DNA of 62,145 nt, counting the filler, from Pirum gemmata (Eukaryota), in NCBI GenBank assembly GCA_002812295.1. It is 10 parts of 10 records of this genome, joined end to end, with 100 filler letters (N's around TTAATTAATTAA, not from the genome) between each part and the next. Parts side by side here need not be neighbours in the genome. Positions count along the whole stretch, not along the records: positions 56,128 to 62,145 come from PDIN01000359.1; 9 more parts are not named here. One strand, written 5' to 3'. Position 1 is the stretch's first letter; each line of letters starts with the position of its first letter. The notes beneath the pieces were generated by a model. It saw only the letters and a program-made list of their open reading frames with translations. It was not told the DNA's origin and did not search any database. Both the position numbers and the translations under genes were made by a program. Below, piece by piece: positions 56,214 to 62,145 of the stretch.

Positions 56214-58355
56214 GAGAAATCCAACTTGGATTTATTCTGTCAAGAACTTGTCATCCAAGCTTCCCAAGGGCAATTAGACCCAGTATTAAATCGAGACAAT
56301 GAAATTGGGAGAATGATAAGGATTTTAGCGCGTCGAACAAAAAACAACCCCGTCTTGATAGGGCCTCCAGGGGTAGGTAAAACGGCCATAGTAGAGGGTT
56401 TAGCACAGAGAATTATAAGAGGAGATGTAACTAAAAATTTAACTGATTGCAAAATATATAGTTTAGATATGGGTTTGCTCATTGCTGGCGCATCGTACCA
56501 AGGACAGTTTGAAGAAAGGTTGAAAGGTATTATGAAAGAGTTAAAAAACTTGACTGAAGCTGGAGAACATGTTATTTTATTTATCGACGAGATTCATTTG
56601 GTATTGGGTTGTGGTAAAACCCAAGGGGCCATGGATGCTGCTAACATTATGAAGCCAGAATTATCGCGTGCACACTCAGGATTAAGGGTTATCGGTGCCA
56701 CTACTTTGGAAGAGTATCGTCAATACATGGAAAAAGACGCTGCGTTTGAAAGACGATTCCAACAAGTTATGGTATCTGAACCGTCTGTGTCTGATACTAT
56801 TAGCATTTTGAGAGGCTTGAAAGAAAAATATGAAGCTCATCATGGTGTTAGGATTCTAGATAGTGCTTTGGTGATCGCTGCACAACTTTCTGATCGTTAT
56901 ATTCAAGGTCGTTTTCAACCTGATAAATCTATAGATTTAGTAGATGAAGCTTGTGCGAAAATTAGATGTCAGTTAGATTCCCAACCTGAAGAAATTGATG
57001 TTTTAGAACGGAGACAAATGCAGTTAGAAGTAGAAAAACAAGCGTTGAAAAGTGAAAAGGATAGTCAAAGTAGGGCAAGATTGGGAGTGATTGAAGAAGA
57101 ATTGGCTAACTTGCAAGAGGAATTGGTACCATTGAAAGAAAAATACGAACGCGAAAAAAGCAGAGTAAGCGGAGTTCAAAATTTACAACAAAAATTGGAC
57201 AGCTTAAAAATGAAATTAATCACAGCTCAAAACAATCGCGATTTGGCCACAGTTGCTGATTTACAATACTATGCTATTCCAGAAGTAATGGAAAAATTGA
57301 AACAAGCAGAAATACAAGTGGAGAACATGGAAATAGACGAAAATGAAGGTCAAATGCTAACTGAACAAGTACAACCCGAAGTTATATATGATATTATTTC
57401 TAATGCAACAGGGATCCCAGTACAAAAATTAAACAGGTCAGAGCAACTCAAAGTATTAAATTTACAACAAAATTTAAATAGAAGAGTGGTAGGTCAAGAT
57501 GGAGCTTTGAAGGCTATCAGTGAAGCTATTTTGCGTTCAAGAGCTGGTATCAATCGTCCTGAACAACCGTTATTTACTGGTCTTTTTCTGGGTCCAACTG
57601 GCGTGGGCAAAACTGAAGTAGCAAAAGCTTTGGCAGATGAGCTATTTGACGATGATAAACATATTATTCGGATCGATATGAGTGAATACATGGAAAAGCA
57701 CTCAGTGGCACGCTTAATCGGAGCTCCACCCGGTTACGTTGGCCATGAAAGTGGGGGGCAATTAACCGAACCAATTCGTCGTCACCCTTATAATGTGGTA
57801 CTTTTCGATGAGGTTGAAAAGGCACACCCTGATGTATTAAACGTTTTATTACAAGTACTTGATGATGGTCGTTTAAGTGATGGACAAGGACGTACAATCA
57901 ATTTCAAAAACACGATTATTATATTAACTTCCAACGTTGGTGCAGAGTATTTTTCAATGCCAGAAGTTGATTCAAAAACAAAAGAACAATTAGTACAACA
58001 GGCAGTTAGACAGCATTTTAAACCAGAATTATTAAACAGGTTAGATGATATTGTTATCTTTAACTCTCTTGGTAAAACAGACCTAAGACGTATTGCCTCA
58101 TTGCAATTGAAACAAATTGCGAAACGTTTGAATGATATGGATGTTGAGTTAAGCCCTAGTAATGAAGCTTTGGATTACTTTCTTGAAAATGGTTATGATG
58201 AGCGTTATGGTGCTAGACCAATGCGTAGATATTTGGAAAAGAATGTGGTTACTGACCTGGGGAAAATGATTATTATGGGTCAAATACCTGAGCATTGTAT
58301 TGTTAATATTGATGTAAAAATGGGTAGATTGAATTTTGATGTTACTATGAAATAA
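56172..58355 (+). CDS. HSP104: Hsp104/Hsp101/ClpB AAA+ disaggregase (N-terminal Clp-N domain absent or off-contig)
   Basis: Two Walker A motifs (GPPGVGKT, GPTGVGKT), two Walker B motifs (LFIDEIH, VLFDEVEK), a coiled-coil middle domain with ADLQYYAIPE, RIDMSEYMEKHSVARLIGAPPGYVG and YGARPMRR. Confidence 0.96.
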
Positions 58356-58409
58356 TAATATTATTATTATTATTATATATTATTATTATTATTATTATCA
58401 TTATCATCA

Positions 58410-58466
<57 letters not shown>

Positions 58467-60336
58467 ATTATTATTATTATTAATTCAAAAGTGCCAGTAT
58501 TCGTACAATTCTACGCTTTTGTCGCATAAAGTGTCTAATTGTATAGTTATTATTATTATTATTGTTATTATTATTATTATTATCACTATTATCACTATTA
58601 TTATTATTTTTATGATTGTTATTAATGTTGTTGTTATGTTTTTGAAACTAAAATTTCAAAATAATAATTTACCTTGAGCTGAAGTTTGTAATATACCTTG
58701 AACTGAAGTTTGAATTTAGGGGATGGTTAAAGCCGATAGTATTATTATATTGTTTTGTTTTTTAAGTGTGTGTTTCGTTTGTTTCATAATCGTTTGTTAG
58801 TGTATTTCAAGGTACATATATATAGCTTGTTTTTAAGTTACTATTTATTAGTGTTAACGTTTCTTACAAGCTTGGATGGTGTTTTATTGCTGTGTAAGTA
58901 AATTAATGCCATTTTGATTACAATGGTGTTGATTGGTATGCATGTACACGCCATCAATGTTTAAAAGGAAAGAAAGTCAAAGTAAAGTATACATCAAACA
59001 AAAATCTTATTATTAATAATATTAATCAACATTATCTAAAAGTTCTCTGTAATGCAAACTACGAAGGAAATGCAGTTGTATTATATAATAATATATCATA
59101 TATCATATATATATGTAGCGATTTTCATTTATTTTATCACTCCGAATATTTATTTGGTTGGTTATATTTTTTTAATTGACATTGTTAAATGAATAAATGG
59201 CTAATAAAATGTACCAAATCAAATGATATGGATTTATATTGTATTAATATAAAAAGTTGGTACTCTTTATTGTATATTTTATGATGACATAACAACTGAA
59301 AAACACGATACATTATGCAATCCCTCCGGATTGCAGTCATCAAGCTTAAAAGTGCCCAGGTACTACGTCTATTATTATATGTATTATTAATATATGATAT
59401 ATAATACATCATTTGTGATGTATTATTGTCATCATAATATTATACATTATTATAAAAAAGTCAAAGCCTCTTTTATATTCGAGTATAGACTAGCTTACTA
59501 GCTACTATATCAGTGGCTATTAGGGCTTTTAGTTTATTTGATGATAACAACTTCAATCTTTGGAAGTTGGAACATAGAACGTCATATATGCATAATATAT
59601 GTTAGTCTGTGGAGGCCTGTGGATACTAAGTCAAAGAAACCCAACTAGACACTGGACATCAAAGTAAAAAACCTTTTCTACAATGTCAATACTCAAATGT
59701 CAATACTGCTCCAAAGATTTCCTACCAGCAGTCAAACTACAAATCTGCAAGACTAAATTAGAAAGCTATCCTAAATACCCCCAACAACATTCATAACACT
59801 ACAGTGCTGTATTATTAGGAACAAAAGTAAAAAATCAATATTTATACACCAAAAGAACAACACAACTGTTAATCATAGACTATATTCTATGGTATTGCTA
59901 TGAAAATTACAAGACAAAACTCAACGACAATCAAATTATTAACTTATACTACACCAAAATATTATGAAATCAATAAATTATAATTGATTTTTATAAATCA
60001 TCAATAGCCAGAAAATTCTGGAGGGTAGTGGGGTCTACCCGTTAGAATTATTTTGTCACCCTGGAGTATTTATTTGGAGGGCTATAATCTTTAAATTGAC
60101 ATTTTTAAATAAATAGATAGATAATGAAATAATACCAAATTAAATTAAATAGATTTATATTGTATTAATTTGGTACCATTTTATGATGACGAAAGAACTG
60201 AAAAACACTATTTATATTACATGAGAACTATACATCATAATGATGCATCTATAATTGAATCCTAACCCACAGTACAGAGGTACCACGAAACAGTACAGCT
60301 ATGGTAGCCTTTGGTAGCTAGCTAGCAGGGTAGGTA

Positions 60337-60636
60337 GTCTTCTCCGAATTCTGCCCCTAAAACTCGACTTTCTGCTTCTGCCTTCTGACTCGAAAAGCTC
60401 GATTTCTGCCGAGCAGAATTTCTGGTCTGTTTGGTCTGTTCGAAATTAATTTTTCAAGTTTATTAATAAATACATAGGTTTGAAAATTTCGAGCTTATAT
60501 TTTATAGTGGTAGAGTCAATCTCCTTTTTTTTGTTTTTTCAAAAAATTAATTTTTGATCGAGTTAGAGAGGGAAAACACCATTTTGTCATTTCTCGAAAA
60601 AGGCCAAATTCTGCCTGGGCAGAATTCGGAGAAGTC
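60337..60636. mobile_element. 300-bp TIR element with G(A/T)CTTCTCCGAATTCTGCCC ends
   Basis: TA|GTCTTCTCCGAATTCTGCCC ... GGGCAGAATTCGGAGAAGTC|TCTA, an 18-bp perfect inverted core, with internal TTTCTGCC repeats. Confidence 0.8.
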
Positions 60637-61472
60637 TCTACGAGGCTTCTCTCTGAATATGGGTACTCATGAAATGGAAACTCTCCAGTTTAGTAGACCT
60701 CTGTGATATTTTTATGTTCACGTCAACCAGTAGTGCTGTTGCTTTGAATCTCTTTAATTTTGCACATTTCAATTGGATTAAAACTGTTCTACTAGCACCA
60801 ATTATTGACAACGAAGGAAAAAATATTGCGAATTTTGAGTATGATTGCAAGAAATCCACTACGCTCGAAAAAAAAATTACTACAAAAAAAAAATCCCGAA
60901 AAAAAATCATATATGAGAATAATACTAACAATTTGCTAGTTAGTACTTTATTTTACAATTAAATTTTTACATCTTTTATGTTTAGAATTGATTCAGTTTG
61001 ATGGAACATTATCGAGCTAAAACACAAAAGCTTTCGCAATTTCCCTTGCGCAGTTTGCTTCTTCAACGAGCTCTCCAGTGCGAAACCCTGAAAAAATATC
61101 GACTTCGTTCATATTTATGACTTTTTGGCCAGAGCCATTTCATTTATAAATGGCATGATTGAATTTTGTAAAAAATAATTAGCTCTCATTTTCTTTATAA
61201 TTTCTCCACCAGTGAGTAAAGGAAGAAATAAATGTGACGTAAATTACTCTACATTTACAGCCTCTACTAGCTGTGCTAGGTCAATCATTAGTCCAATCAT
61301 TAGTCTATAGATGGGTTCTAGCTAGTCTACTATTAGCTATGATAGCTAGCTAGACTAGCTCCAGTAGTCTAACTATCTGACCAACCCTAACCCTAACCCT
61401 AACCCTAACCCTAACCCTACATTGCTACTACAAGTCTACGTACATAACTGATACAAACTTCATACATATGAC

Positions 61473-61601
61473 ATACAAGTCTACTAGTTATTGATAGCTA
61501 GCTAGTAGTCTATGATACTACAGTAGCTTAGTACATGGAAATACAAGTCTACTAGTTATTGATAGCTAGTCTATGATACTACAGTAGCTTAGTGCATGGA
61601 A
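61473..61601. repeat. Tandem duplication (68 bp and 61 bp copies) differing by a 7-bp TA-motif indel
   Basis: ATACAAGTCTACTAGTTATTGATAGCTA[GCTAGTA]GTCTATGATACTACAGTAGCTTAGT(A/G)CATGGAA. Confidence 0.9.
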
Positions 61602-62145
61602 ACTTTGCAGGAAACTTTGCCTAGCTAGCTAGCTAGCTACTAGTAGGGAAACTTTACTGAGAAACTTTAGTTGGGGACTTTAGGAGACTTTATGGCTAGA
61701 AAGAAAGTTTTATAATTCCAGAAATTCAGGAAACCCATAAATGAGCAGAAATGATTGGGTTATATAATCGCAAAGGTGGCAAAGACTCAAACTGAAGCTT
61801 ATACTTCTAGGTAAAATAAATTCGATTTTTTTTCAATAATTGCTTTTTTTAAAACTTTTTTTTTTTTTTAAAAAAAATCATTGGTGAATTTCTGATCATT
61901 AATTTATTTTTTTTAAAAAAAATTTGAGTAATTATTTATCCGTACCCGTCCGTACCAAATGTTGAAATTTTGAATGAGGAAAAAACATTTTGAAATCCGC
62001 GTTACCGCAGAATTTAGTCCTGAGTCAGGAGGGGTGAGAACTCTTATGGCGAACTTTTTTGACCGAGGCACAAAGTAAATGTTGTTCGCCTGTTTAGCCT
62101 TACCATATTTAGTATTTGTAATTATTTATTTAGTAACTACCTATT

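Overview
This is very AT-rich eukaryotic DNA. Spliceosomal GT-AG introns, TTAGGG tracts, a forkhead gene and a type-IVb GATA gene suggest a unicellular opisthokont or fungus-like protist, but the species cannot be read from the sequence. The window is not one locus: about ten unrelated ~6 kb contigs are joined by 100-nt N44-TTAATTAATTAA-N44 spacers. Supported genes are a two-exon enolase, Hsp104/ClpB, a GATA zinc-finger factor, a multi-exon forkhead factor not assembled in the ORF track, a double PAN/apple-domain protein and one orphan CXXC-rich exon. There is also a decayed piggyBac-like transposase that may carry a PD-(D/E)XK/YqaJ-like insert. Intergenic DNA holds many short terminal-inverted-repeat (TIR) element families, a tRNA-derived SINE cluster and interstitial telomeric tracts. 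The main observation is that the 'TAGCTAG/TAGACTA/TATCATA' low-complexity DNA parses as TA-[1-5 nt]-TA chains whose spacers match the terminal bases of resident elements. Homologous repeat copies show single TAs expanded into such chains, and 8-10 bp duplications enclose AGGCCT, ACT, CAG/CTG or CAGCTG. This suggests much of the non-coding DNA is built from stacked transposon excision footprints at self-renewing TA hotspots (inference, testable).
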